From positions 1-47,662 of IMG/VR virus record IMGVR_UViG_3300028638_000445: DNA of 47,662 nt; one strand, given 5' to 3'. Source of the stretch: a virus. Its lineage: Duplodnaviria > Caudoviricetes. The number at the start of each line of letters is the position of its first letter. Position 1 is the first letter of the stretch. The translations under genes and the position numbers were made by a program. Of the stretch, positions 27,842 to 37,731 are shown piece by piece. The notes under the pieces are model-generated. The model was not told the origin of the DNA. It did no database searches and saw only the letters and a list, made by a program, of their open reading frames with translations.

Positions 27842-29685
27842 TATCTCACCTCACTCAGATTCTGATAGGTAATGTCGATGGAGCTAAACCCGAAGAACTC
27901 ATTGATCACGCCGGAACTCGTGAGCCGGACTTGAAAGCGCTGGATGTTGCGTGCGTCGTCCACCCGAACCTTGAAGGCTCGCACGGTGCGGTTGGTGTCG
28001 TAAGACCAGTCGCCATAGTCCACCACACCATAGTCGAAGAGATCCATGCGCTCGGTATGCACCACGCCGCTGGAACCTTCTTCGGTGGCGTATTCCACCG
28101 CGAGCTTGGCTTGGTTCCAAGGCTTCATCCCAATGATGAGACTCTGAACGAGCTTGGTCTGATCGTCTCTCTCGAAAGTGGTGATGATACTGGAGAAGTA
28201 TGCGTTGATCACGGCTCCGTCGTCGTTATATGGGTAGAGGTCGCTTCCGTCTTTTGGCTTCACTCGGTAGACCATACCTCTGTCGTTTGATCCAAAGAGA
28301 AGATCGCCATCCTCGGCCCAGACATTGACCGGCAAATTATCCCACGGGTACCACACAGGCTGGTATCTCCCTGTGGCTTCGTCCTGCACGAAGGTGTTGT
28401 AGTCACACACCCACACTGTGCCGCCTGTTGTGGCCAGATAGTACTTGCCCTTATAGTCGATGCCCTCTCCAACTCCTACGGCCTTGATGCCCGTAAGGCT
28501 GGAGATTGGAGACACGTTGCGCTCGTCACGTACGTTGGTTCCTACGACTTCGTACACACCCTCGTCAGATAGGAAAACCGGATTGTTGTTCAGGATCTGG
28601 ATCGACCCTGCGCTATAGGCTCCTCGCTCTCGGCTAAGAGGGACGCTTGGAAAGTGCGTGACGGTTCTGCCATAGGCGTCCTCTTCAATCGACCAGTTTC
28701 TCAGGTAGACACTGCGGCGCTTTAGGACGACCATGCGGTCGTACTGGACGGCGTACCCCACGACGGGATCTGTGTCTCCACCGATGCGATCGAAGTTGGT
28801 GTCCGGCCAGTAGGTTGGGTCGTAGGCACCTGAGAGCGGGAGCCCCGTCCACCAGTCGATGTGTGGGTAGTCTGGATTGCCTGTGACGAAGACCCTCGAG
28901 TCATTTGGCCCACCGTAGACATGGGCCACGTGGCACTTCTTGATTCGGCTGGCGTCGGCGTAGCTGTCCTTCTTAACCTGCACCTCAAGATTATTCGTGC
29001 CCGCACCTGGATCCGCCACAAGGGTCAGAACACCGGTGGTAAGGTTGACGGAGTAGTCGGTTGTCACTGTCTTCAGCGCCCCGTTCAGCCAGACGAATTC
29101 CAGTGCGTCCAGCGGCGCGCCGTGGATCTGGTAGGTCTTGGTCGCGGCTACAGTGGAAAACTTCTGCTTGAAGCGTGGCTGAAGCAGATTTAGATCCTCC
29201 ACTCTCGTGCCGCCGCCGCCTGGAGGCGTTCCAATCAGGAAGGTCGGGATGTAGGCGATCGACTCCGCCGTCACGAAGGTGGTGCCGTTGAAGACTATGA
29301 AGTTGGTACCGTCTAGAATACACAGTTTCGTGGCCAGCATGAAGCTTATGGACTTTGAGGCAGCCATGCCGGAATAGGCCTCGACCGGTTGTTCACCTAG
29401 GGTGTCGTAGATGTAGAGCTTGGTTCCGTGATGGATGATCCGGATCGTTGTACTGTCGGTGTCGATCCACTTATGGATCCCGAGGATCGCCCCAGCGCCA
29501 AGACTTGTAGCGAATAGCTTCTCATACCCAGTTCTCATCTCCGGAGTGCCTTCGTCATCCAGCACACAGTTCATCATTGCAGGAGAGCGACGCACGTCCC
29601 GTGTGCCGGTCACATCTACGCCGAGAAACTGCCGGATGGATAGCGGCGGGTTCTGCCGCGGGAGCCGCGTCACTGGCCTGATCAT
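27841..29685 (-). CDS. Podovirus tail nozzle / DNA-stabilisation protein (P22 gp10 / T7 gp12-like)
   Basis: 614 aa, beta-rich, starting F.G.D....N...D..G....R.G. Position after the adaptor. Confidence 0.7.
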   Translation of the reverse strand: MIRPVTRLPRQNPPLSIRQFLGVDVTGTRDVRRSPAMMNCVLDDEGTPEMRTGYEKLFATSLGAGAILGIHKWIDTDSTTIRIIHHGTKLYIYDTLGEQPVEAYSGMAASKSISFMLATKLCILDGTNFIVFNGTTFVTAESIAYIPTFLIGTPPGGGGTRVEDLNLLQPRFKQKFSTVAATKTYQIHGAPLDALEFVWLNGALKTVTTDYSVNLTTGVLTLVADPGAGTNNLEVQVKKDSYADASRIKKCHVAHVYGGPNDSRVFVTGNPDYPHIDWWTGLPLSGAYDPTYWPDTNFDRIGGDTDPVVGYAVQYDRMVVLKRRSVYLRNWSIEEDAYGRTVTHFPSVPLSRERGAYSAGSIQILNNNPVFLSDEGVYEVVGTNVRDERNVSPISSLTGIKAVGVGEGIDYKGKYYLATTGGTVWVCDYNTFVQDEATGRYQPVWYPWDNLPVNVWAEDGDLLFGSNDRGMVYRVKPKDGSDLYPYNDDGAVINAYFSSIITTFERDDQTKLVQSLIIGMKPWNQAKLAVEYATEEGSSGVVHTERMDLFDYGVVDYGDWSYDTNRTVRAFKVRVDDARNIQRFQVRLTSSGVINEFFGFSSIDITYQNLSEVR

Positions 29686-30269
29686 CCGTTATACCTCACT
29701 CTCCGTGGCAGCCGGTTTCCTGCTCTGATGTTCTCGAAGCTGTCGTTGTAAAGGCCTAGCCACACCTGCGCCCTTGCGGAGTCATACTCGGTGCCCTCTT
29801 CGGACAGGAACTGGTAGTTGGCGTACTGGCACAACACCCTCGGATCCACATACCGCTCATCGATCGGAAGAGCCGCGGTAAGATTCGACAAGGTGAGCTC
29901 TGCGGGAAGGTACTCGTAAGCGATGAGAATGATGGCGTTTGAAAGTCCGTTCACCTCCACCGACTCAATCTGGCTCACGTTGTAGTCATACCGAACGCCA
30001 TCCAGCGTAATGGCACGGATCCGGATGCAGTCGTGTGTTAGATCAGAGAGGTCAAAGCGCCCGTATTCATCCAGTGTGATCTCCTCTGAGAAAAGCGGGC
30101 CGAGACGCTCGCGGGCGATCTTGCGCGCGGCATAGTTTATCCCGGATAGGAACCGAGTCGCGTACTCGAGGCCTTTATTGGTGTAGACCCCGCCGGTCTG
30201 CACCATTGTTTTTACGTTATACGTGTTGCGGGCGCACTCCTGAAGTGCATCGCCCAGTGTCCAAGGCAT
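29682..30269 (-). CDS. Head-tail adaptor protein
   Basis: 195 aa with a helix-beta-helix layout (INYAARKI...YEYLPAEL). Lies between the capsid and nozzle genes. Confidence 0.65.
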   Translation of the reverse strand: MPWTLGDALQECARNTYNVKTMVQTGGVYTNKGLEYATRFLSGINYAARKIARERLGPLFSEEITLDEYGRFDLSDLTHDCIRIRAITLDGVRYDYNVSQIESVEVNGLSNAIILIAYEYLPAELTLSNLTAALPIDERYVDPRVLCQYANYQFLSEEGTEYDSARAQVWLGLYNDSFENIRAGNRLPRRVRYNG

Positions 30270-30274
30270 TTACA

Positions 30275-30616
30275 TCACTCCCCGTACAGGTAGTTGTTGA
30301 TCAGTGGTCGACGGATGTCCCTCGCCAGGGCCTCGGCCATATTGGAAAGTTTTCTGTCCTCTTCCGCCTCAGCCTTTTCGTTCTGCTGGTCAACGTAGTC
30401 GAGGATCTCACCACGTTTATTCAACCACACAGTGTGGCGCCAGTCGGCAATGAGATCCCGGTCGACCTCTCCATATTTCACCTTGGCAAACGGTCCACCA
30501 TTGAAGGTGACGTGATATTCTTCCTTCTCGTAATCGAAGGCAATGTCGAAGCGTTCATCGATGTCGCGTAGTTCATTCCTCAAGTGGTGGCACTTCGCGC
30601 CTTTGGGGTCAAGCAT
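30275..30616 (-). CDS. Hypothetical phage protein
   Basis: Start moved to ATG 30616, which has a GAGGAGG SD. Confidence 0.7.
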   Translation of the reverse strand: MLDPKGAKCHHLRNELRDIDERFDIAFDYEKEEYHVTFNGGPFAKVKYGEVDRDLIADWRHTVWLNKRGEILDYVDQQNEKAEAEEDRKLSNMAEALARDIRRPLINNYLYGE

Positions 30617-30635
30617 GAATATCCTCCTCAAAGTG

Positions 30636-30668
30636 AAAAAAGGGAAGGAGTCTTTAGGCTCCCTCCCT
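30636..30668 (-). terminator. Intrinsic terminator after the major capsid gene
   Basis: Minus strand reads AGGGAGGGAGCC-TAAA-GACTCCTTCCCT-TTTTT. Confidence 0.7.
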
Positions 30669-30680
30669 CATTCATTGTTC

Positions 30681-31871
30681 TTATACCTCAGTGATGTCGT
30701 CCAACCTACCGAAGGCGTTACGTGCAAACATCCCAAGTTCCATGTAGCAATATAGGATGGCTTCGTATGCGTCCTTTCCAGTGACTCTGGAGAGGATTGC
30801 GCCGTCCATGTCCATCCAGTCGTAGTCTGCGAGCTTGTACATCTTAAGCATGCTCTCGTCCACGCCGAATACCTTGTTCGCAGGCAGGAATTTGTCGACT
30901 ATGATCGGGAGGTTGTTGAAGGCGATGGTGGAGTATCCACCCTTAAGCTCCGTCTTGTTGACGATCTGCTTCTTCGCATCGAGAACCGCCTGATACGCAC
31001 GTCTGACGCCGTAAGTCGTATAGAGTGCACTGACGTCGCCTGCACCTGCCTGCTCGACGGTATCGATCAGAGTCTGAAGAAGCGTGTCAGAGATTGCTCT
31101 GTTGGAGCCACCGTTGGCAAGGATTGACGCCTTATGCCAAGGGTAGGATGCGACTGCGAGTTGCTGAAGGGCTCCGTAGCCACCACCGATGTCTGCGTTG
31201 TCGACGATGCCCTGAATACCCATAACTTCGAGGTTTCTGGATCCGCCGACGTAGACAGCGTAGGTGTTGTTAGTCGTGATGGCCGCGCCGGAGATGACAA
31301 AGCTTGTTGCGTTTGTGACGGAGACAACCGTTCTGCCCACTGCACCCGTACCAGTCGTGCCGTCAGCCGCCACGAGGACATCAATAGACATTCCTGCTCT
31401 CAGGAACGCGGTGGAAGCGACGACGACTGTCGTAGAAGCAGAAGTTGTGCCGCAAGTCGTGAGTCTGCCTGTGCCGTCGCCGGCGAGCATTCTATTGACC
31501 GCGTTCTTAAGGTCGCGGGTGACACCCTTGATCTCGGAGTCGACTGCTCGGATGAAAGCACCAGCGTCGTTCTTGGCGGCCTTGATGGACTGACCAGTAA
31601 GCTGAATGCGGCCATACAAATATCTCATCGGAACGATGGACTCTTTGTAAGCCTGTTGGCCTGCGTCCATCAGCGTAGCGCCTTCAGCGCGCGCACCGAT
31701 ACCTTCGTTTCGGCCATAGTGCATAGGGATCGTGAAGTTCTTACCGACGACAGAGTCGAAGTCTGTGTCAATACGCTTCAGGAGTTCGTTGTCGTTGTTG
31801 AGCTGTTCTCGGATCGGGCCGAGATACTGAGTTTTCAATACACTATCTAATGTGCTAAGAGTTGCTGGCAA
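30681..31871 (-). CDS. Major capsid protein (HK97 fold)
   Basis: 396 aa, follows the scaffold gene, has an NLPIIVDKFLP-type C-terminal motif and is followed by a terminator. Confidence 0.85.
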   Translation of the reverse strand: MPATLSTLDSVLKTQYLGPIREQLNNDNELLKRIDTDFDSVVGKNFTIPMHYGRNEGIGARAEGATLMDAGQQAYKESIVPMRYLYGRIQLTGQSIKAAKNDAGAFIRAVDSEIKGVTRDLKNAVNRMLAGDGTGRLTTCGTTSASTTVVVASTAFLRAGMSIDVLVAADGTTGTGAVGRTVVSVTNATSFVISGAAITTNNTYAVYVGGSRNLEVMGIQGIVDNADIGGGYGALQQLAVASYPWHKASILANGGSNRAISDTLLQTLIDTVEQAGAGDVSALYTTYGVRRAYQAVLDAKKQIVNKTELKGGYSTIAFNNLPIIVDKFLPANKVFGVDESMLKMYKLADYDWMDMDGAILSRVTGKDAYEAILYCYMELGMFARNAFGRLDDITEV

Positions 31872-31889
31872 AGGCTACACGTCCTTTCG

Positions 31890-32609
31890 TTATGAGCGTT
31901 TGAGTTGTTCGAGGGCGGCCTTTCTAGCCTCCTCGAAAGTCTTCGGTGTGGTTGCCGCTGGTGCAGAGGCACCTCCACCTATCTCGATGGGTTTGCCGCC
32001 TGACCTGACGGACTCCAGATAATTCTTGATGTGGATGTCGGGTTTAGTAAGGTCTAGAAGCTCCGGGAGTTTCTCTGTGACGACGAGGGCGAGCCCCGTC
32101 TTCATGTCTGTGCCTGAAGCTTCTGCGATCTGTCTGATCCGTTCAAGGTTGTCCGAAACAAACTTGCCGATCTTAGGATCGCTGACGAGTTCTTTCTCTT
32201 CGGCAGTGAGGCGCTCTTTGCGCTCCACCTCGGCCAGTCTTGCTTTGGCTTCATTGGCTTCACGCTCGACCTTGATCACTTCAGGATCCTTGCCTGTACG
32301 CTCTGCCTCAGCCTCGAGTTCCTCCTGCTCCTGTTGATGCTGAAGGTACTGAAGATACTCTCCCGGCTCCATGCCTGCTGCTTTCGCTTGTCGTTCAATC
32401 ACGCTTTTGTAGGGAGAAAACTCTGCCTCCATCTTCTTGCGCTCGTGTCCGAGTCTTGCGGCGAAGGCTTTTGCCGGATCCTTCTCCTTAGTGGAGTCGG
32501 TCATCTCAGTGCTTTCCGTAGTCTGCTGGTCGGCGGCACCAGTGTCATCTGCACCCGTTTCGACATCTTCAGCAAAGAGTTGTAGATTGAATTTATATGG
32601 TCTTACCAT
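31890..32609 (-). CDS. Capsid scaffolding protein with N-terminal FNLQLFA motif
   Basis: Acidic/coiled-coil protein between portal and capsid. Start ATG 32609 with GGGAGG SD. Confidence 0.8.
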   Translation of the reverse strand: MVRPYKFNLQLFAEDVETGADDTGAADQQTTESTEMTDSTKEKDPAKAFAARLGHERKKMEAEFSPYKSVIERQAKAAGMEPGEYLQYLQHQQEQEELEAEAERTGKDPEVIKVEREANEAKARLAEVERKERLTAEEKELVSDPKIGKFVSDNLERIRQIAEASGTDMKTGLALVVTEKLPELLDLTKPDIHIKNYLESVRSGGKPIEIGGGASAPAATTPKTFEEARKAALEQLKRS

Positions 32610-32677
32610 GATGGTTCCTCCCATGCGGCGTCCATGAGATCTTAACGCCCGTCTTTGATTTGATAATACAACAGCAT

Positions 32678-32702
32678 AAAAAAGGCACCCGCAATGGGTG
32701 CC
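32678..32702 (-). terminator. Intrinsic terminator after the portal gene
   Basis: Minus strand reads GGCACCC-ATTGC-GGGTGCC-TTTTTT. Confidence 0.75.
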
Positions 32703-32716
32703 AATAAAAGGGGGAT

Positions 32717-34696
32717 TTAGATGGCGTCAAGAATAGTTGGATCTTGCTTGATAGCGGCCTGCTCCTCAGGTGATAATGCACCGATCACACGCCCCATGTC
32801 AAGATCGCCGGTGTCATCCGCTTCTACTTGGGCTGGTGAGGCCTGCATCATAGCCTGCATAATGTAGGTCATGTGCTCCTGAATGTGAGCGTCGATGATC
32901 GACTGAGATTCCGGATCCATTCCCTCATACTCTGCACCTTTCCTGAACTTGTTGTGCTGGGCGACGTGTACTTCGTGATGGAAGAAATCTCTCGTGATCG
33001 GACTGAAGTCCAGCTTTGCCCATGCGGCATTTTCATTGAGTGCCTGCTGAACGTCGATCTCGAGGCCATCATACAGGTCATCGGTGATGCCAAGCTCAAG
33101 CATGCGGATGATAAGGTCGCGATCCATCTGCGGATTGAGTACCTGCATGTTGATCAGTTCAAGGACGTACTGTTTGCGGGCGGCGTTTGAGAGCTGAGTG
33201 AGGCTCATGTCCTCAAAGCGGATATCCGTAGAGGTGAGATCCGACCCACGAAACTCCAGCGATTCCATGCGCTTGTTCTGTCCAACCAGCTGGACCGTCC
33301 TTGCCTCGTCATATTTAAAGCGGATGATCTTAAGCAGATAGCTCATGTACTTCTGCTTAAAGCGGCCATACTTGGCCACTGTTGGAGCCAGTTTAGTGTC
33401 GTCCTGCTCTTGAAGGAGTTGAATAGCCACGCCTGAGTTGACGCCTGTCGGCGTGGATCCGTGGCTGACCTCCTGCTGGGAACTGATATACATGAACTCC
33501 TCAATGCACTGCTCGACATTCTTATAAACATCTGCTCCCAACGAAGCTGGCTGAAGCATGATGGGTGGATTAAAGCCTTTGCGATACCAAATGACCGTTC
33601 CTGGCGCTGAGTCGATCTCGTCGTCGATGATCGCTCCGTCCTCCGCAGCCCATTTTGGGTTGGCCATAAGGTTCTTGTTCTCGATGATCTGGCCCCTCGA
33701 TTTGTTGTACTCTCGCTGAACTGGAATCAGCTGTTCGACGATGCTGGTGCCAATGACCTTACCAGGAACCGGGATATGGATCAGAGGGAAGATCGGGATC
33801 TCGCGATCTGTATTGTCTTTCTCGCCAAAGCCGATATCTTCTTCATACCATAGCTCAACCCCGCCAGCCACTGTGATCCTGCGTCCTTTTGGATACTCAT
33901 GGCTCGGTGACTCCCAGTACTCCTTGACAACTGCACAGTTTCTCGCCTTCACCGACTTTGACCCAAATATATTGGACCCTGAGGTCAACGTCTTGAGCTT
34001 GCCCTCATAGATGCTGGCGGCGGTCAGCGTGTCGTCTGCGGCTACTTCCTTGCCATAGACTGCCTTGATGTACTCTATGGTTCGTTGGCGCTCATGAATG
34101 ATCCAGCGCACGTCGCTCCATCTGGAGGCTGATGGATCCCATTTGACCTCAAAAAGATTGAGCACCTCGATATCTACGTCCCCTTGTTTAACGGGACGAC
34201 CATCTTCAGTGGCAATTGTGAGACCCTTGGCGGGATTCCATACCGGCTTTACGAATCCTATGCGGGTTGCAAGCGCCCACATGACAACTTCTTCGTCGAC
34301 CTCTTGGAGTTTCAAATCATACTCCAACCACTCGACGACCTTGTCCGCGATGCGGGCAGATCGGATGTCAGCTTCTTCTGTCGTTGCAGGAACGACAGCC
34401 TTACTCAGCTTGTGTCTGAGAACCTTTGAAAGCTCGTTTCGCACGGCAGGCAGGATGCGATTGGCGGTATACTGGACCTGCCAGTCTTCCTTCGGGAGAG
34501 GTACGATCTGCTTCGTGGTCGGGCTCATTGCAATATGCTGATGACCTGCGTAGTACGCCAGTTGGACATAGCTTTGTAGATCCTCATCTGAATGTGCCCC
34601 ATCCTCAGACCGCTCATCAACCAGTTTACACCGCTCAATCTGAGCCGGGGTTTGGGCGTCCTTATCCGGTTTGATATGTTCCACACTTTTGGCCAT
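32717..34696 (-). CDS. Portal protein (P22-like)
   Basis: 659 aa after TerL. NRI, GFVKPVW, WDPSA, G.SIVEQLIPVQREYN and SGVAIQLLQEQ are typical of P22-like portals. Confidence 0.85.
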   Translation of the reverse strand: MAKSVEHIKPDKDAQTPAQIERCKLVDERSEDGAHSDEDLQSYVQLAYYAGHQHIAMSPTTKQIVPLPKEDWQVQYTANRILPAVRNELSKVLRHKLSKAVVPATTEEADIRSARIADKVVEWLEYDLKLQEVDEEVVMWALATRIGFVKPVWNPAKGLTIATEDGRPVKQGDVDIEVLNLFEVKWDPSASRWSDVRWIIHERQRTIEYIKAVYGKEVAADDTLTAASIYEGKLKTLTSGSNIFGSKSVKARNCAVVKEYWESPSHEYPKGRRITVAGGVELWYEEDIGFGEKDNTDREIPIFPLIHIPVPGKVIGTSIVEQLIPVQREYNKSRGQIIENKNLMANPKWAAEDGAIIDDEIDSAPGTVIWYRKGFNPPIMLQPASLGADVYKNVEQCIEEFMYISSQQEVSHGSTPTGVNSGVAIQLLQEQDDTKLAPTVAKYGRFKQKYMSYLLKIIRFKYDEARTVQLVGQNKRMESLEFRGSDLTSTDIRFEDMSLTQLSNAARKQYVLELINMQVLNPQMDRDLIIRMLELGITDDLYDGLEIDVQQALNENAAWAKLDFSPITRDFFHHEVHVAQHNKFRKGAEYEGMDPESQSIIDAHIQEHMTYIMQAMMQASPAQVEADDTGDLDMGRVIGALSPEEQAAIKQDPTILDAI

Positions 34697-34706
34697 ATGA
34701 GACCTC

Positions 34707-34982
34707 CTACCCTTCGATTACCCTGCTTCTTCTGTCGTCTCTATATTGATAATCAGGCGGCACAACTGCTACAACCTCGCATCCGTCCACATCTGTCATA
34801 CGTTCCGCGTAACAGCCGATAGCCAGCAGTGTTGGATTCTTTTCGCAGATGTTGTTGAGTGCCTCCGCTTCGTTTCGGGCAATTGTACGGTACTTCAACT
34901 CGCCAAATCCCCCTTCCCACACCGGAACAAATGTGTAGTCTTCAGTGGTTTCGGTATCTTCTGCTTTCTTTCTTGATGCCAT
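34707..34982 (-). CDS. Hypothetical phage protein
   Basis: 91-aa ORF with AGGAGG SD, in operon. Confidence 0.7.
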   Translation of the reverse strand: MASRKKAEDTETTEDYTFVPVWEGGFGELKYRTIARNEAEALNNICEKNPTLLAIGCYAERMTDVDGCEVVAVVPPDYQYRDDRRSRVIEG

Positions 34983-34994
34983 TTCGACAACCTC

Positions 34995-35234
34995 CTATAG
35001 CTGTATCAGCTCTTCTTTAGGTTCACATGGTTCTTTCCGTCTTTCTGATTGATCCTGAACAGCTTTAAACTCAGGCAAATCTTTGGCCTGGATCCGATCA
35101 AGCAATCTCTGTCGTTCGATCTCTGCCATCTTAAGTAGTGCATCTCTTTCTTTCTGCCAGCGCAGATCCGAATAGGCAAACATCGCCATAAGGGCAAGAT
35201 ACAGGATTGTTATTACAATGAACTCCGGACTCAT
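34995..35234 (-). CDS. Small membrane-anchored hypothetical protein
   Basis: N-terminal TM plus coiled coil. ATGA overlap with TerL. Confidence 0.7.
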   Translation of the reverse strand: MSPEFIVITILYLALMAMFAYSDLRWQKERDALLKMAEIERQRLLDRIQAKDLPEFKAVQDQSERRKEPCEPKEELIQL

Positions 35235-36742
35235 ACTTGGCGGAATCCTCCTTTTTTTCGTTGTTTATGTCTGATTAGACTATCAAGGTGTTCATCCACC
35301 CTCCGGGCCAGAGCTTCCTCTGCATCCTTTGGTGGCGGCAAAGGCGGATCTCTGTGATCCGTGTAGTAGATCAAGCGGTTGAGCGCCTGTGTTGTGCTGT
35401 CGACCCGGTCATCATGAGCACCAGATGGAAATGCGCATAATTCATCCATATACTCGACGACCCATGGAGCTATGTCTGCATCCGGAAGAAAGACGTTGCC
35501 ACTCTCAAAAGCAGGGCTCACAGCGTTAGCACGCGCTATCTTGCCTCCCTCCGGATTGATAGGAATGAGCCCAGGTATACGAGTCTGGAGGAGCTGTATT
35601 ACTGCTGGCCCGTTTGCCTTATCCTCCACAAGTTTAATCAAACTCTTAGGCCATTTAGCAGTCATCTGCATTATAGCACTGCAGGTATCCGGCAAGTCCA
35701 ATCGCTCTGTGACACAGTCCAGCAGATAGTATTCAGCGCCGATGCGCCCCCAAACTTGACCTGAAACGAAGTCAGATCCGTCAGAGTCCTTGAACGCACA
35801 ATCCCAGCTTTGAATGATCTCGTCAAAGTATTCAGGTCTTTTAGCGTAGAACCTAAACCACGAACGCTTAAAGAGATTGCCCTCTGCTGCTGTAGGCCTG
35901 CCCTGAAAAAGTGACTGCCATACCCTGGATCCCTCTTTTGTGAGATAGACAGGTTTGAATTCAGTCAGCCATGCATTGTCCTTGCCAAGCACTGAACCCA
36001 GGGCTTCACCCGGTTCGCGCATGAGAGGGTCATTCTCCTCTGCCTCACATGGCAGATTGATATACATAGCACGCTTGCCCTCATTCTTGAGGATCCTTGC
36101 AACAAGATCATCCTCGTGCCATCTGGTCATGATGACAATCGTCTTGCCTTTTGCAGACAGACGTGTCCGGATGGAATTCAACCACTCATCCCATACACGT
36201 TCCCTATAGACTTCAGATTCGGCTTCCTGACGGTTTTTGACCGGGTCATCGATCAGGATCAGGTCGCCAGGGTTACCAGTGATAGATCCTCCCACACCTC
36301 TGGACAGCATGGATCCGATGCCGTTATCAAGCTCCCACTCATCCTGTGCGCTGGTTACTTTGGAAACGCGAACTCCAAAGATCTTCTCACCAAACTCGTT
36401 GATCTTCTCTTTGTTCCTACGTCCGAATTTCCGCGCAAAATCCTCGTTGTAGCTGACTTCTATCACTCGCCAAGTCTTGTATTTTCCAAGAACCCATGAC
36501 GGCAATGTCTCGGTAATGGACATTGATTTCCCATGCTGAGGCGGAAGAGAGATGCAAAGGATCATGATTTCTGTGCCGTCTTCGCCTTTTAAACTACCTT
36601 CTAAGAAGCTTTGCACCATGTCACAGATGTAAATCAGATAGGGCGCTTCGATCCATCTGCCTCTGTGGACATACTTTACATATTCCCAGTACCTGATCTG
36701 CGCCAGCCGCATCCGAACATCGTCTAAGCTTGGTATTTTCAT
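35231..36742 (-). CDS. terL: Terminase large subunit
   Basis: Walker A PPQHGKS, Walker B ILIDDP, MTRWH, and nuclease motifs QSWD and HDDRVDS. Confidence 0.95.
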   Translation of the reverse strand: MKIPSLDDVRMRLAQIRYWEYVKYVHRGRWIEAPYLIYICDMVQSFLEGSLKGEDGTEIMILCISLPPQHGKSMSITETLPSWVLGKYKTWRVIEVSYNEDFARKFGRRNKEKINEFGEKIFGVRVSKVTSAQDEWELDNGIGSMLSRGVGGSITGNPGDLILIDDPVKNRQEAESEVYRERVWDEWLNSIRTRLSAKGKTIVIMTRWHEDDLVARILKNEGKRAMYINLPCEAEENDPLMREPGEALGSVLGKDNAWLTEFKPVYLTKEGSRVWQSLFQGRPTAAEGNLFKRSWFRFYAKRPEYFDEIIQSWDCAFKDSDGSDFVSGQVWGRIGAEYYLLDCVTERLDLPDTCSAIMQMTAKWPKSLIKLVEDKANGPAVIQLLQTRIPGLIPINPEGGKIARANAVSPAFESGNVFLPDADIAPWVVEYMDELCAFPSGAHDDRVDSTTQALNRLIYYTDHRDPPLPPPKDAEEALARRVDEHLDSLIRHKQRKKGGFRQV

Positions 36743-37254
36743 TTTTTCATCAGGATGGCCTCAATAGCCTTCAGCTGATCCTCCGACAATTCATCGATGC
36801 TGTGTTTAATCTCAAGAGGATTGCCCGGCTGACCGCCCATATTAACGTTCTGCGTCACTTTGTTGTCCCACTGGCCATTCTCTGGGGAGGTGTTGTTCAT
36901 CAGTGCGAACATCACGCCATTGTTATTTCCGAGCCTGTGAAGTTTTGCTTCCCACTGCTCCTCGATCCGCATCCTTGCATCTTTGAGAATAGGTGCGAAC
37001 TCATCGCGATCCATGTAATTCAGGATTGCCTGCCTGCCGCTGAGACCTATCGCCCTGGCAAGACCAGTCCATGTATATGGCTGGGGATCCGGAAAGGTTC
37101 GAACAACTGCGTTAGGGCCAGTTCCAACCAGCGCTGTTGTGACATGGCTATCTTGTGCATTAAAATATGCGTCCACTTTCTTTTTGAGTGATTTCGCATT
37201 CTTCAGCTTATATTTTCCGAAATTCCCGGGGTTTTCTCGCTTTTTTTCATCCAT
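36739..37254 (-). CDS. terS: Terminase small subunit (P22 gp3-like)
   Basis: YF...PYTWTGLARAIG..Y...F...RIE pattern. Overlaps the terL start. Confidence 0.85.
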   Translation of the reverse strand: MDEKKRENPGNFGKYKLKNAKSLKKKVDAYFNAQDSHVTTALVGTGPNAVVRTFPDPQPYTWTGLARAIGLSGRQAILNYMDRDEFAPILKDARMRIEEQWEAKLHRLGNNNGVMFALMNNTSPENGQWDNKVTQNVNMGGQPGNPLEIKHSIDELSEDQLKAIEAILMKK

Positions 37255-37279
37255 TTACGTCATCCTCCCTTCAACACAA

Positions 37280-37311
37280 ATTATAGTTTGAAAGGCAATT
37301 TCGCCCCGCAA
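37280..37311 (-). promoter_or_regulatory. Candidate late promoter (perfect -10, no properly spaced -35)
   Basis: TATAAT on the minus strand at 37280-37285 upstream of terS. TTGCGG lies 20 nt away, so activator dependence is inferred. Confidence 0.45.
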
Positions 37312-37349
37312 CGGCTAGAGCGCTAAGGTCAGCGTAATGAAAACTTCTC

Positions 37350-37385
37350 AAAAAAAATTAATGCCGAAGCGTCAACCTCGGCATT
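37350..37385 (-). terminator. Intrinsic terminator ending the early/middle operon
   Basis: Minus strand reads AATGCCGAGG-TTGACG-CTTCGGCATT-AATTTTTTTT. Confidence 0.65.
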
Positions 37386-37404
37386 TTCAACTATGTTCAC
37401 ACTC

Positions 37405-37707
37405 CTACCGTACCCATTTAGGGTTTCCAGCGGGGCGAGTTTTCAATTTGTACTTCTTCAGCTTCTTACTGATACAGCCAACAGAACAGAAACATCGTTC
37501 TGCCATCTGTCTGACTGTAAGACCCTGAGCAATCATTCGCCTGAGCAGTTTTTCAGTGATGACTACTTCTCCGCTTCTCCATCTTTCAGCCATGATCATC
37601 CGATGAATTTGATATCTGGAGAATCCAGTTTGTTCAGCAAGATCATTCAGCGTGGATCCCTGCTTATGCCTCCACCAGAGTTGCCCTGGCGACAAGTGAT
37701 TACTCAT
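37405..37707 (-). CDS. Tandem HTH protein, probable late-gene regulator
   Basis: Two HTH-like motifs (GSTLNDLAEQTGFSRYQI; GLTVRQMAERCFCSVGCISKKL). Last gene before terS. Start uncertain. Confidence 0.65.
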   Translation of the reverse strand: MSNHLSPGQLWWRHKQGSTLNDLAEQTGFSRYQIHRMIMAERWRSGEVVITEKLLRRMIAQGLTVRQMAERCFCSVGCISKKLKKYKLKTRPAGNPKWVR

Positions 37708-37731
37708 ACAACAATACCTCACTCTCTTTTA

